Origin: a virus
Lineage: Duplodnaviria > Heunggongvirae > Uroviricota > Caudoviricetes
DNA length: 6,849 nucleotides
IMG/VR virus record: IMGVR_UViG_2617270976_000007
Location: 1-6,849 of that record
Reading direction: 5' to 3' (one strand)
The notes beneath the pieces were generated by a model that did not search any database, was not told the origin of the DNA, and was given only the letters and a program-made list of their open reading frames with translations. Made by a program: the position numbers and the translations under genes. Every line of letters begins with the position of its first letter. Position 1 is the stretch's first letter. Below, in pieces: positions 1 through 6,569 of the stretch.

Positions 1-237
1 CTGTCACCCTTTGACGTGGTGATATGGATGACGGATGGCTGGCCGCTGTATGAATCCCGCCTGAAGGGAAAGCTGCACGTAATCAGCAAGCGATATACGC
101 AGCGAATTGAGCGGCATAACCTGAATCTGAGGCAGCACCTGGCACGGCTGGGACGGAAGTCGCTGTCGTTCTCAAAATCGGTGGAGCTGCATGACAAAGT
201 CATCGGGCATTATCTGAACATAAAACACTATCAATAA
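1..237 (+). CDS. insB: IS1 transposase InsB (InsAB' C-terminal portion), 5'-partial; start lies outside the window
   Basis: Frame-1 translation from base 1 reads [78 protein letters not shown], then stop TAA at 235-237. This matches the IS1 InsB C-terminus; the ORF-track Met at 16 is internal. Confidence 0.9.
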   Translation: MSPFDVVIWMTDGWPLYESRLKGKLHVISKRYTQRIERHNLNLRQHLARLGRKSLSFSKSVELHDKVIGHYLNIKHYQ

Positions 238-252
238 GTTGGAGTCATTACC
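1..252 (+). mobile_element. IS1 insertion sequence, right-hand portion (window starts inside the element); ends with the IS1 terminal inverted repeat at 230-252
   Basis: Frame 1 encodes the C-terminal part of IS1 InsB; the element ends with ...cactatcaataagttggagtcattacc, the IS1 right end as I remember it. Bases 1-252 are the exact reverse complement of 6570-6821. Confidence 0.93.
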
Positions 253-278
253 TCATTTTTCAGATGGTGGAAAGAACC

Positions 279-2132
279 ATGGCATTTAAACACTATGATG
301 TTGTCAGGGCGGCGTCGCCGTCAGATCTTGCGGAAAAGCTGACACATAAACTGAAAGAGGGCTGGCAGCCGTTTGGTAGTCCGGTGGCCATAACCCCTTA
401 TACCCTGATGCAGGCGATTGCAGCAGAAGGTGATGTGGTCGTCAGTGGTGCAACTGAGCCGGAGTGGTACTACGTCATCGTACTGGCCGGGCAGTCCAAT
501 GCCATGGCTTACGGTGAAGGGCTTCCGCTTCCGGATTCATACGATGCGCCCCATCCGCGCATTAAGCAACTGGCCCGTCGTAACACAGTGACTCCCGGTG
601 GTGAAGTATGCGTATTTAACGACATCATTCCTGCTGACCATTGTCTGCATGATGTTCAGGATATGAGTACGATTAACCATCCCCGGGCTGACCTGAGCAA
701 AGGGCAGTACGGCTGTGTCGGCCAGGGCTTACATATTGCCAAAAAAATGCTTCCGTATATCCCTAATAATGCGGGGATCCTGCTGGTACCATGCTGTCGT
801 GGTGGTTCGGCATTCACCCAGGGCACGGAGGGGACATTCAGCGAGTCCACGGGGGCCAGTCAGGATTCGGCTCGCTGGGGAGTGGGTAAGCCGTTATATC
901 AGGATCTGCTTTTCCGCACGAAGGCAGCATTGCAGAAAAACCCGAAAAACGTTTTGCTGGCGATATGCTGGATGCAGGGGGAATTCGATATGACGAATGC
1001 CAGTTACGCCCAGCAGCCAGCAGCATTTCTTGCAATGGTACAGCAGTTCCGTGCTGACCTTGCCGGGCTGGCAGCGCAGTGTCACGGTGGAAGTCCGGCA
1101 TCAGTCCCCTGGATTTGTGGCGACACGACATACGCGTGGAAACAAGAACACGGTACGCAATATGAAGTGGTATATGGTGCATATAAAGGTAAAGAATCCC
1201 AGCAGATTTATTTTGTTCCCTTTATGACCGATGGTAGCGGAGTTAATACACCGACAAACAACCCGTCAGAAGATCCTGATATTGCCGGGTCTGGTTATTA
1301 CGGTTCGGCATCCCGAACGAACAAAAACTGGGTATCATCAAATCGCCCGACGCATTTCAGCTCATGGGCGCGTCGTGGCATTATTCCCGATCGTATGGCA
1401 ACTGCTATTCTGAACGTAGCCGGGCGCACCTCAGCCTTCATCAGTGGTAAGGCACCGGAAATCAAACCCTCGCCCGGCGGCGACACGCCATCGGTGCCGT
1501 CTGAAGATGCATCCGTACGCACAATCTCCCTGTTGCCGACAGCCGGAGATGCTGCTGCGCAGGGCTGGAGCATTAAGAATGGCGGAATTCAGTTGTCAGA
1601 TGGTGTATTTAAGATCACCAAGCAGAGCAATAAAGCCTGGTCCCTGACGCGCCCGGTGGATGACGCAGTCTCCCTGCTGACACGGGGTGGCAGACTGAGC
1701 TGTAAGTTTCGACTGTCAGGCGCACTGACCAACAACCAGTTCGGTCTGGGAATTTATCTGTATACCGATGTAGCGTTACCTGACGTCGTGGCGATGACCG
1801 GGACTGGTAACCCGTTCCTGATGTCGTTCTTCACCCAGACCACAGACGGCAAACTGAATCTGATGCATCACAAGAAAGCCGGAAACACAAAGTTGGGCGA
1901 GTTCGGGAATTACAGTAACGACTGGCAGACGCTGGAGCTGGTGTTCACCGCCGGCAGTGCCACGGTTACTCCGAAACTGAATGGAGTGGCTGGCCCGGCA
2001 TTCCAGGTCATAAAAGACAGTCTGACAGTGGGACTAAATGCACTGACGCTGACGGATATTACCAAAAATGCAACGTATGGCGTTGAGATAGAAAGTCTGG
2101 TGCTGGAGATAAATGCACCGGCATCATCATAA
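279..2132 (+). CDS. nanS-p: Prophage sialate O-acetylesterase of the NanS/YjhS family (NanS-p-like): N-terminal extension, SGNH/SASA esterase core, C-terminal beta-rich putative carbohydrate-binding domain
   Basis: Long ORF with stop TAA at 2130-2132. The GQSN serine block ([19 protein letters not shown]) and following blocks ([56 protein letters not shown]) match the NanS esterase family as I recall it. About 220 extra C-terminal residues fit the phage-borne NanS-p architecture. Start is uncertain: ATG 279 (GGTGGA 7 nt upstream) or in-frame ATG 264. Confidence 0.8.
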   Translation: MAFKHYDVVRAASPSDLAEKLTHKLKEGWQPFGSPVAITPYTLMQAIAAEGDVVVSGATEPEWYYVIVLAGQSNAMAYGEGLPLPDSYDAPHPRIKQLARRNTVTPGGEVCVFNDIIPADHCLHDVQDMSTINHPRADLSKGQYGCVGQGLHIAKKMLPYIPNNAGILLVPCCRGGSAFTQGTEGTFSESTGASQDSARWGVGKPLYQDLLFRTKAALQKNPKNVLLAICWMQGEFDMTNASYAQQPAAFLAMVQQFRADLAGLAAQCHGGSPASVPWICGDTTYAWKQEHGTQYEVVYGAYKGKESQQIYFVPFMTDGSGVNTPTNNPSEDPDIAGSGYYGSASRTNKNWVSSNRPTHFSSWARRGIIPDRMATAILNVAGRTSAFISGKAPEIKPSPGGDTPSVPSEDASVRTISLLPTAGDAAAQGWSIKNGGIQLSDGVFKITKQSNKAWSLTRPVDDAVSLLTRGGRLSCKFRLSGALTNNQFGLGIYLYTDVALPDVVAMTGTGNPFLMSFFTQTTDGKLNLMHHKKAGNTKLGEFGNYSNDWQTLELVFTAGSATVTPKLNGVAGPAFQVIKDSLTVGLNALTLTDITKNATYGVEIESLVLEINAPASS

Positions 2133-2217
2133 AAAGTGAGCCAGTCAAATGGAAGGTATCGTTAAACTCACCGGTAGTGTCAGTGGGTCGTCTGAGACGC
2201 CTGCATGAGTTATCAGA

Positions 2218-2249
2218 GCCATCAGTACTTAACTGGTGGCTTTTTTATT
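2218..2249 (+). terminator. Putative rho-independent terminator between the esterase gene and the holin
   Basis: Stem GCCATCAG (2218-2225), loop TACTTAA, stem CTGGTGGC (2233-2240; 8 bp with one G-U pair), followed by TTTTTTATT (2241-2249). Confidence 0.55.
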
Positions 2250-2281
2250 GTTGTCAGCTTCCGGATAACGGGAGACGGGGT

Positions 2282-2497
2282 ATGTACCAGATGGAAAAAA
2301 TCACAACAGGTGTGTCATACACCACGTCAGCGGTGGGAACGGGCTACTGGTTCCTGCAGTTGCTGGACAGGGTTTCCCCGTCTCAGTGGGCGGCAATAGG
2401 CGTGCTGGGGAGTCTGCTGTTTGGGCTGCTGACATATCTGACTAACCTGTATTTCAAAATCAGAGAGGACCGTCGTAAGGCTGCACGGGGAGAGTAA
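2282..2497 (+). CDS. S: Class II holin (pinholin) of the phage 21 S21 / EssQ type, 71 aa, with dual-start motif
   Basis: [71 protein letters not shown] has two hydrophobic segments and the charged C-terminus [13 protein letters not shown] typical of S21-like pinholins. Met1 and Met4 give the holin/antiholin dual start. GGAG lies upstream. The 106-aa ORF-track version (2177) runs through the terminator and is not the real start. Confidence 0.9.
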   Translation: MYQMEKITTGVSYTTSAVGTGYWFLQLLDRVSPSQWAAIGVLGSLLFGLLTYLTNLYFKIREDRRKAARGE

Positions 2498-2501
2498 TTC
2501 A

Positions 2502-2846
2502 ATGACTCAAAACTATGAACTGATTGTGAAAGGGATCCGCAATTTTGAGAATAAAGTTACGGTAACTTTAGCGTTACGGGACAAAAAACGCTTTGACGGT
2601 GAAATTTTTGACCTGGACATCTCGCTGGACCGTGTTGAAGGTGCCGCGCTGGAGTTTTATGAGGCAGCAGCCAGAAGGAGCATCAGACAGGTCTTCCTGG
2701 ATGTTGCTGCCGGGTTATGTGAAGGGGATGAGCAGTCGCCGGAAAAGCGCCCCGTAATTTTAGAGGCGCAGGATGTGTTGATAACCTACAGAGGAAAACT
2801 ACCGGGAATAATTACGGGTTCTCTGAAGAGTCCGCCGAAATGGTAA
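2502..2846 (+). CDS. Small conserved lysis-cassette protein, 114 aa, at the position ydfR (DUF1327) occupies between essQ and rrrQ in Qin-type prophages; function unknown
   Basis: ATG at 2502 is 4 nt after the holin stop, with GGAGAG 7 nt upstream, which implies translational coupling. Placement between pinholin and SAR endolysin matches the essQ-ydfR-rrrQ order. Sequence identity to YdfR was not verified. Confidence 0.65.
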   Translation: MTQNYELIVKGIRNFENKVTVTLALRDKKRFDGEIFDLDISLDRVEGAALEFYEAAARRSIRQVFLDVAAGLCEGDEQSPEKRPVILEAQDVLITYRGKLPGIITGSLKSPPKW

Positions 2847-3084
2847 TTTTACCAGCATATTTTTCATCCAGTAATACAGCAAGCCGCCTGAAAGAGTCTT
2901 GTTGTTCCTGAGACCATTTGGGATTGCATGATTCAAACTGGATTGATGCCAGCGTTGATTGCATCTGTTCCCTTGGAATTGAGAATGCCAGATATGAGAA
3001 GGCGACGGTAAGGGTATTCACGTCTTCCCGAAGCCTAGAAATGCTGTCGAGCAACTCCTGTAGAGAAATGGTGTTATTGTCCAT
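2812..3084 (-). CDS. Hypothetical 90-aa protein encoded antisense inside the lysis cassette; its 3' end overlaps the previous gene by 35 bp
   Basis: Minus-strand ATG at 3084 is preceded by GAGGA with 6-nt spacing (ATCATGAGGATTATTTATG). Translation MDNNTISLQELLDSISRLREDVNTLTVAFSYLAFSIPREQMQSTLASIQFESCNPKWSQEQQDSFRRLAVLLDEKYAGKITISADSSENP is helix-like with a balanced composition. The segment is AT-richer than the flanking lysis genes. No homolog recognised. Confidence 0.4.
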   Translation of the reverse strand: MDNNTISLQELLDSISRLREDVNTLTVAFSYLAFSIPREQMQSTLASIQFESCNPKWSQEQQDSFRRLAVLLDEKYAGKITISADSSENP

Positions 3085-3189
3085 AAATAATCCTCATGAT
3101 TGTATTGACCTGTTAGCAGCCTGAGGCAACAGGCTGGAACTGATAAACATATCCAGGGCTCAGAAACCGATAAATCCTGATAAATATCC

Positions 3190-3735
3190 ATGAACGCAAA
3201 AATCAGATACGGCCTGTCGGCTGCCGTTCTGGCGCTGATTGCCGCTGGTGCGCCTGCGCCTGACATTCTCGACCAGTTTCTGGATGAAAAGGAAGGTAAC
3301 CACACCACGGCATACCGTGATGGTGCGGGTATCTGGACCATCTGCCGCGGTGCCATCCTGGTGGATGGCAAACCTGTCGTTCCGGGCATGAAGTTGTCGA
3401 AGGAAAAATGCGACCGGGTTACTGACATGCAGATGCGTCAGCGTGATGTTGCTGCGCTCGATGCAAAATACACGAAGGAGTTAGCTGATGCGAAAGCTGA
3501 AAATGAAACTCTTCGCGCTGACGTTGCCGCTGGTCGTAAGCGCCTGCGTATCAACGCCACCTGTCCAGGTCCCGTGCGTGAAGCCACCGGCACCGCCCGC
3601 GTGGATAATGCAACCGGCCCCCAACTGGCAGACACCGTTACACGGGATTATTTCACCCTCAGAGAGCGGCTGATGACGATGCAGAAGCAACTGGAAGGGG
3701 CGCAGGAATATATCCGTACTCAGTGCCTGAAATAA
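3190..3735 (+). pseudogene. In-frame fusion of SAR endolysin R (RrrQ-like, N-terminal ~76 aa) to the i-spanin Rz C-terminal periplasmic domain; deletion junction near 3419-3424
   Basis: Residues 1-76 (MNAKIRYGLSAAVLALIAAGAPAPDILDQFLDEKEGNHTTAYRDGAGIWTICRGA...KEKCDRV) match the RrrQ/R21-type lysozyme N-terminus, including the SAR-like Ala/Gly-rich segment and the E-x8-D-x5-T catalytic spacing. From TDMQMRQRDVAALDAKYTKELADAKAEN onward the protein matches lambda Rz up to its C-terminus ...LEGAQEYIRTQCLK. The lysozyme C-terminal lobe and the Rz N-terminal membrane anchor are missing. Confidence 0.8.
3488..3673 (+). CDS. Rz1: Rz1 outer-membrane lipoprotein (o-spanin), embedded in the +1 frame of the Rz portion
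   Basis: MRKLKMKLFALTLPLVVSACVSTPPVQVPCVKPPAPPAWIMQPAPNWQTPLHGIISPSESG has a signal peptide with lipobox VSAC and the proline-rich mature region, closely like lambda Rz1. AAGGAG sits 7 nt upstream of the ATG. Confidence 0.85.
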   Translation: MRKLKMKLFALTLPLVVSACVSTPPVQVPCVKPPAPPAWIMQPAPNWQTPLHGIISPSESG

Positions 3736-4085
3736 GTTTTGTTGATGCGCCGTATCGTCGCTGTATTCCCTCATTAACAGAGACCGCAGCCCGACAGGGA
3801 GACTCCTCTGCGCGAGTGTGCGGGGATAATCAAAAACGATACACACCGGGGTTTACCGCGTTAACGGAGCGCGGCGTTGTCCCCTCATAGTCGCCTGTCC
3901 GGTGCGATGGTGGAAGAAACCGGATGTTTATCACTATTAATTGATGACACAGAAATGGATTCATTGAATTTCAGCACGTTTTTGTATTCGTGTTATTGAA
4001 CATCTGTTTATTTTACTTTTAACATATTGATAATAAAAAGAGCTGTAAATCTTTAGATGAGTCGATTTTGTCCGGGGAAGTTCAA

Positions 4086-4226
4086 ATGGATTTTATGCTG
4101 ACGGTTTCTGGTGTGGTTATCCTGTCCATTGCTTATACTGCAGATAAATATGGCTGCCATTTGTTATCACGTATTGGCGCTTATTGTTCGTTGATGCTGA
4201 TTTTCTCGTCGCTTTTTTTTGAGTAA
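4086..4226 (+). CDS. Hypothetical 46-aa hydrophobic small protein (possible membrane peptide); not in the supplied ORF track because it is shorter than 60 aa
   Basis: ATG 4086 with GGGGAAG 5 nt upstream; translation MDFMLTVSGVVILSIAYTADKYGCHLLSRIGAYCSLMLIFSSLFFE, stop TAA 4224-4226. Possible sigma70-like promoter TTGAAC (3996-4001), 18-nt spacer, TAACAT (4020-4025). Lies in an AT-rich stretch between Rz and the cos-proximal gene. Confidence 0.3.
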   Translation: MDFMLTVSGVVILSIAYTADKYGCHLLSRIGAYCSLMLIFSSLFFE

Positions 4227-4358
4227 GTTATATTAATTATAACAAATAATTTTCTGTGTTATTTTTTCAGGCTATCCCGTCAGAGGGGAAGCCTGTACTG
4301 CCGGGGAGCGAATGGAAAACTGATGTGTCCGGTAACTGCGTGTTCTGTGAACACCATG

Positions 4359-4544
4359 TTACTTAATTATGTAATTCATACCCGAACTCTCTGTTGACAG
4401 CCTTCTTCTGCAGGCTTCAATAACCCACGCTGAAAAGTTTCCTGAACCTTTCAGATCAAGAGCGATGTTAATTTGTTCAATCATCTGGTTTGGAAATCGG
4501 ATGTTGCGGGTTGTTGTTCTGCGGGTTCTGTTCTTTGATGACAT
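4359..4544 (-). CDS. Small cos-proximal protein with predicted ribbon-helix-helix fold, homolog of the lambda right-end small ORF
   Basis: Minus-strand ATG at 4544 with GGGGA 6 nt upstream. MSSKNRTRRTTTRNIRFPNQMIEQINIALDLKGSGNFSAWVIEACRRRL... closely resembles, from memory, the small ORF on the complementary strand near lambda's right end (MSTKNRTRRTTTRNIRFPNQMIEQINIAL...FSAWVIEACRRRL). The beta-strand/helix/loop/helix layout fits an RHH DNA-binding fold. Confidence 0.7.
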   Translation of the reverse strand: MSSKNRTRRTTTRNIRFPNQMIEQINIALDLKGSGNFSAWVIEACRRRLSTESSGMNYIIK

Positions 4545-4721
4545 AATGTTTCCCCATATTCAGTGTTGCTGATTTGTATTATCTGAAGTTGCTTTTACGT
4601 TAATTTGATGCAGATCAATTAATACGATACCTGCGTCATAATTGATTATTTCTCGTGGTTTGATGGCGTACACACATGTTGTGATAAACCTTATATAGAT
4701 GATAATCATTATCATTTTCGT

Positions 4722-4915
4722 GGGTCCTTTCCGGCGATCCGACCGGTTACGGGGCGGCGACCTCGCGGGTTTTCGCTATTTATGAAAATTTTTAGGGAAA
4801 AATCAGATCCGTTCTTCTTCTTTTTAACTGATTGATTATCAATAGAATTTTAAAAATATAAAAGGATCTGACAAAGGCTGTTTTTGTTAGAAAACGCCAT
4901 TTTCAGATCCTTTCT
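4722..4915 (+). other. Lambda-type cos site: cosQ-proximal sequence, cosN (12-nt cohesive end GGGCGGCGACCT at 4752-4763) and cosB with three terminase-binding repeats
   Basis: GGGTCCTTTCCGGCGATCCGACCGGTTACG|GGGCGGCGACCTCGCGGGTTTTCGCTATTTATGAAAATTT is near-identical to the lambda genome-end junction. Three CAGATCC elements (about 4806-4812 direct, 4863-4869 inverted, 4904-4910 direct) have the orientation pattern of lambda R3/R2/R1, immediately upstream of the small terminase gene. Confidence 0.85.
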
Positions 4916-4932
4916 GGTTCCCGGGGGAGTGT

Positions 4933-5481
4933 ATGAACGTCAATAAGAAAAAACTGGCCGATATTTTTGGCGTTGATGTCAGGACCATCACCGCCTGGCA
5001 GAGTCAGGGGTTACCACTAGTTTCTGGTGGAGGGAAAGGGACTGAATCAGTTTTTGATACAACTGCTGCCATTCAGTGGTATGCGCAGAGGGAAGCTGAT
5101 ATTGAAAACGAAAAACTCCGTAAAGAGATCGAGGATTTGAGGGCTGCCAGCGAATCAGACCTTCAGCCCGGCACCATTGATTACGAACGTTACCGACTGA
5201 TGAAGGCACAGGCCGATGCACAGGAGCTGAAAAATGCTCGTGAGGAAGGCCTTGTCCTCGAGACGGAGTTATTTACCTACATCTTTCAGCGAGTGGCACA
5301 GAATATATCAGGGATCCTTGTCCGTGTCCCTCAGACACTGCAGCGTAAATACCCTGATATATCACCCGTACATCTTGATGCTGTGAAAACTGAAATCGCG
5401 AAAGCATCCGATGTGGCTTCTGAAGCCGGTGAGAATGTGCGCAGGTGGATTGATGATTTCAGACGAACTGAGGGCGGCTAA
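4933..5481 (+). CDS. nu1: Terminase small subunit (lambda Nu1 / NohA family), apparently full length, 182 aa
   Basis: [42 protein letters not shown]...[48 protein letters not shown] aligns along its length with lambda Nu1 (MEVNKKQLADIFGASIRTIQNWQEQGMPVLRGGGKG...). It sits directly downstream of cosB and its stop (TAA 5479-5481) overlaps the start of the next gene. Confidence 0.9.
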   Translation: MNVNKKKLADIFGVDVRTITAWQSQGLPLVSGGGKGTESVFDTTAAIQWYAQREADIENEKLRKEIEDLRAASESDLQPGTIDYERYRLMKAQADAQELKNAREEGLVLETELFTYIFQRVAQNISGILVRVPQTLQRKYPDISPVHLDAVKTEIAKASDVASEAGENVRRWIDDFRRTEGG

Positions 5482-6103
5482 TTCTGCAGGAGCGATAGCA
5501 ACCGGCCTCCTTGCGCTAAAAATTCCTGTCCCTCTGACGACAGTTCAGTGGGCAGATCGACATTATTACCTTCCGAAAGAGTCATCTTACACCCCGGGGC
5601 GGTGGGAAACACTGCCGTTTCAGGTTGCCATCATGAACAGCATGGGGAATGACCGGATCCGCACTGTTAATCTGATTAAATCTGCCCGTGTTGGTTATAC
5701 AAAGATGTTGCTGGGAGTGGAGGCTTATTTTATTGAGCATAAATCACGCAACAGCCTTCTTTTCCAGCCCACGGATTCTGCTGCTGAAGATTTTATGAAA
5801 TCTCATGTGGAACCCACGATCAGGGATGTGCCGGTTTTACTCGATCTTGCACCGTGGTTTGGGCGTAAACATCGTGATAATACCCTCACGCTGAAACGTT
5901 TTTCATCGGGCGTGGGCTTCTGGTGCCTGGGCGGGGCTGCCGCTAAAAACTACCGTGAAAAATCCGTGGACGTGGTCTGCTATGACGAACTTTCCTCGTT
6001 CGAACCGGATGTCGAAAAAGAGGGTTCGCCAACCCTGCTTGGGGATAAACGTATTGAGGGCTCTGTATGGCCCAAGCCGCCGTGCAGGAGAACCAGCGAG
6101 TGA
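5453..6103 (+). pseudogene. A: Terminase large subunit (lambda gpA family), N-terminal ~216 aa only; truncated by an internal deletion with the junction near 6077-6080
   Basis: ...VQWADRHYYLPKESSYTPGRWETLPFQVAIMNSMGNDRIRTVNLIKSARVGYTKMLLGVEAYFIEHK...GFWCLGGAAAKNYREKSVDVVCYDELSSFEPDVEKEGSPTLLGDKRIEGSVWPK matches lambda gpA residues ~35-205. Similarity ends after GSVWPK and the frame stops at 6101-6103, whereas full gpA is about 640 aa. Start codon is uncertain (5453, 5435 or 5411, all in frame). Confidence 0.85.
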
Positions 6104-6569
6104 TGGGGATCCTGACATGCCAGGAAGCGAAAGGACGTGAACAGCTTGCCACGATGCTGGCAGGGCAACAGGGCATGAGCGTTGAACAGGCCCGGGCGAT
6201 TCTGGCCGCGGCGGCACCGCAGCAGCCGGTGGCATCCGCGCAGAGTGAAGCCGATCGCATTATGGCGTGTGAAGAAGCGAACGGTCGTGAACAACTGGCA
6301 GTAACGCTGGCGGCGATGCCGGAGATGACGGTGGAAAAAGCCCGCCCGATCCTGGCTGCTTCACCGCAGGCGAATGCCGGACCATCACTCCGTGATCAGA
6401 TCATGGCCCTGGATGAGGCAAAAGGGGCTGAGGCGCAGGCTGAACAGCTGGCTGCCTGCCCGGGAATGACCGTGGAGAGCGCCCGGGCTGTGCTGGCTGC
6501 GGGATCAGGTAAGGCAGAACCGGTCTCTGCATCCACAACCGCCCTGTTTGAACATTTCATGGCGAACCA
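6079..6569 (+). pseudogene. Fragment of a repeat-containing phage protein (three ~45-aa tandem repeats; possibly the C-terminal region of a head protease/scaffold-type morphogenesis protein); 5' end set by the deletion junction, 3' end interrupted by IS1
   Basis: Frame-1 translation contains three related units: RVMGILTCQEAKGREQLATMLAG..MSVEQARAILAAA; RIMACEEANGREQLAVTLAAMPEMTVEKARPILAAS; QIMALDEAKGAEAQAEQLAACPGMTVESARAVLAAG. The last codons (VMTPTY, stop) are IS1-derived, so the native C-terminus is lost at 6570. Functional assignment is a guess. Confidence 0.4.

Noticed and set aside
656-1647. Eight ORFs of 60-114 aa on both strands overlapping the esterase gene (656-850, 715-993, 838-1182, 894-1085, 997-1227, 1231-1413, 1298-1573, 1444-1647)
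   Set aside because: All lie inside the well-supported 618-aa esterase frame, lack convincing ribosome-binding sites and have low-complexity, Arg/Cys-rich translations typical of off-frame reading.
2177-2497. The 106-aa ORF-track version of the holin, and the overlapping 64-aa ORF at 2205-2399
   Set aside because: The N-terminal extension runs through the predicted terminator at 2218-2249. The S21-type holin starts at 2282 with a ribosome-binding site and dual-Met motif. The 64-aa ORF is an alternate frame of the same DNA.
2918-3124. 68-aa plus-strand ORF in the spacer between the ydfR-position gene and the endolysin
   Set aside because: No ribosome-binding site, Cys/Ser-rich translation, and it is antisense to the better-supported 90-aa minus-strand ORF.
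3018-3846. Minus-strand ORFs of 136, 65 and 121 aa (3018-3428, 3438-3635, 3481-3846) overlapping the endolysin-Rz fusion and Rz1
   Set aside because: They are antisense to genes with clear protein-family matches and have Ala/Arg-rich translations as expected from the GC-rich opposite strand.
3907-3999. 30-aa plus-strand ORF (MVEETGCLSLLIDDTEMDSLNFSTFLYSCY)
   Set aside because: No recognisable ribosome-binding site and too short to support without conservation data.
4695-4713. Fur-box-like palindrome GATAATCATTATC (15 of 19 matches to the Fur consensus when extended)
   Set aside because: As I recall, the same palindrome sits beside cosQ at the lambda right end, so it is more likely part of conserved cos-proximal architecture than an acquired iron-regulatory site. 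Not verified; a Fur-titration assay would settle it.
4988-6294. Five ORFs antisense to or out of frame with the terminase genes and the repeat fragment (4988-5221 minus, 5903-6235 minus, 5943-6260 minus, 5955-6140 plus, 5980-6294 minus)
   Set aside because: They overlap well-supported terminase and repeat-protein frames and show biased, low-complexity composition without start signals.
6100-6530. Three tandem repeats of about 135-150 bp, considered as a possible CRISPR-like or satellite array
   Set aside because: The units are long, in frame and conserved at the protein level rather than as short identical direct repeats with unique spacers. They are protein-coding repeats.
253-6569. Shiga toxin genes, bor, tRNA genes or an integrase, which often accompany nanS-p and lysis genes in Stx-type prophages
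   Set aside because: No reading frame in any of the six frames resembles StxA/StxB, Bor or an integrase, and no tRNA-like cloverleaf was spotted. If ever present, they were removed by the IS1-associated deletions.
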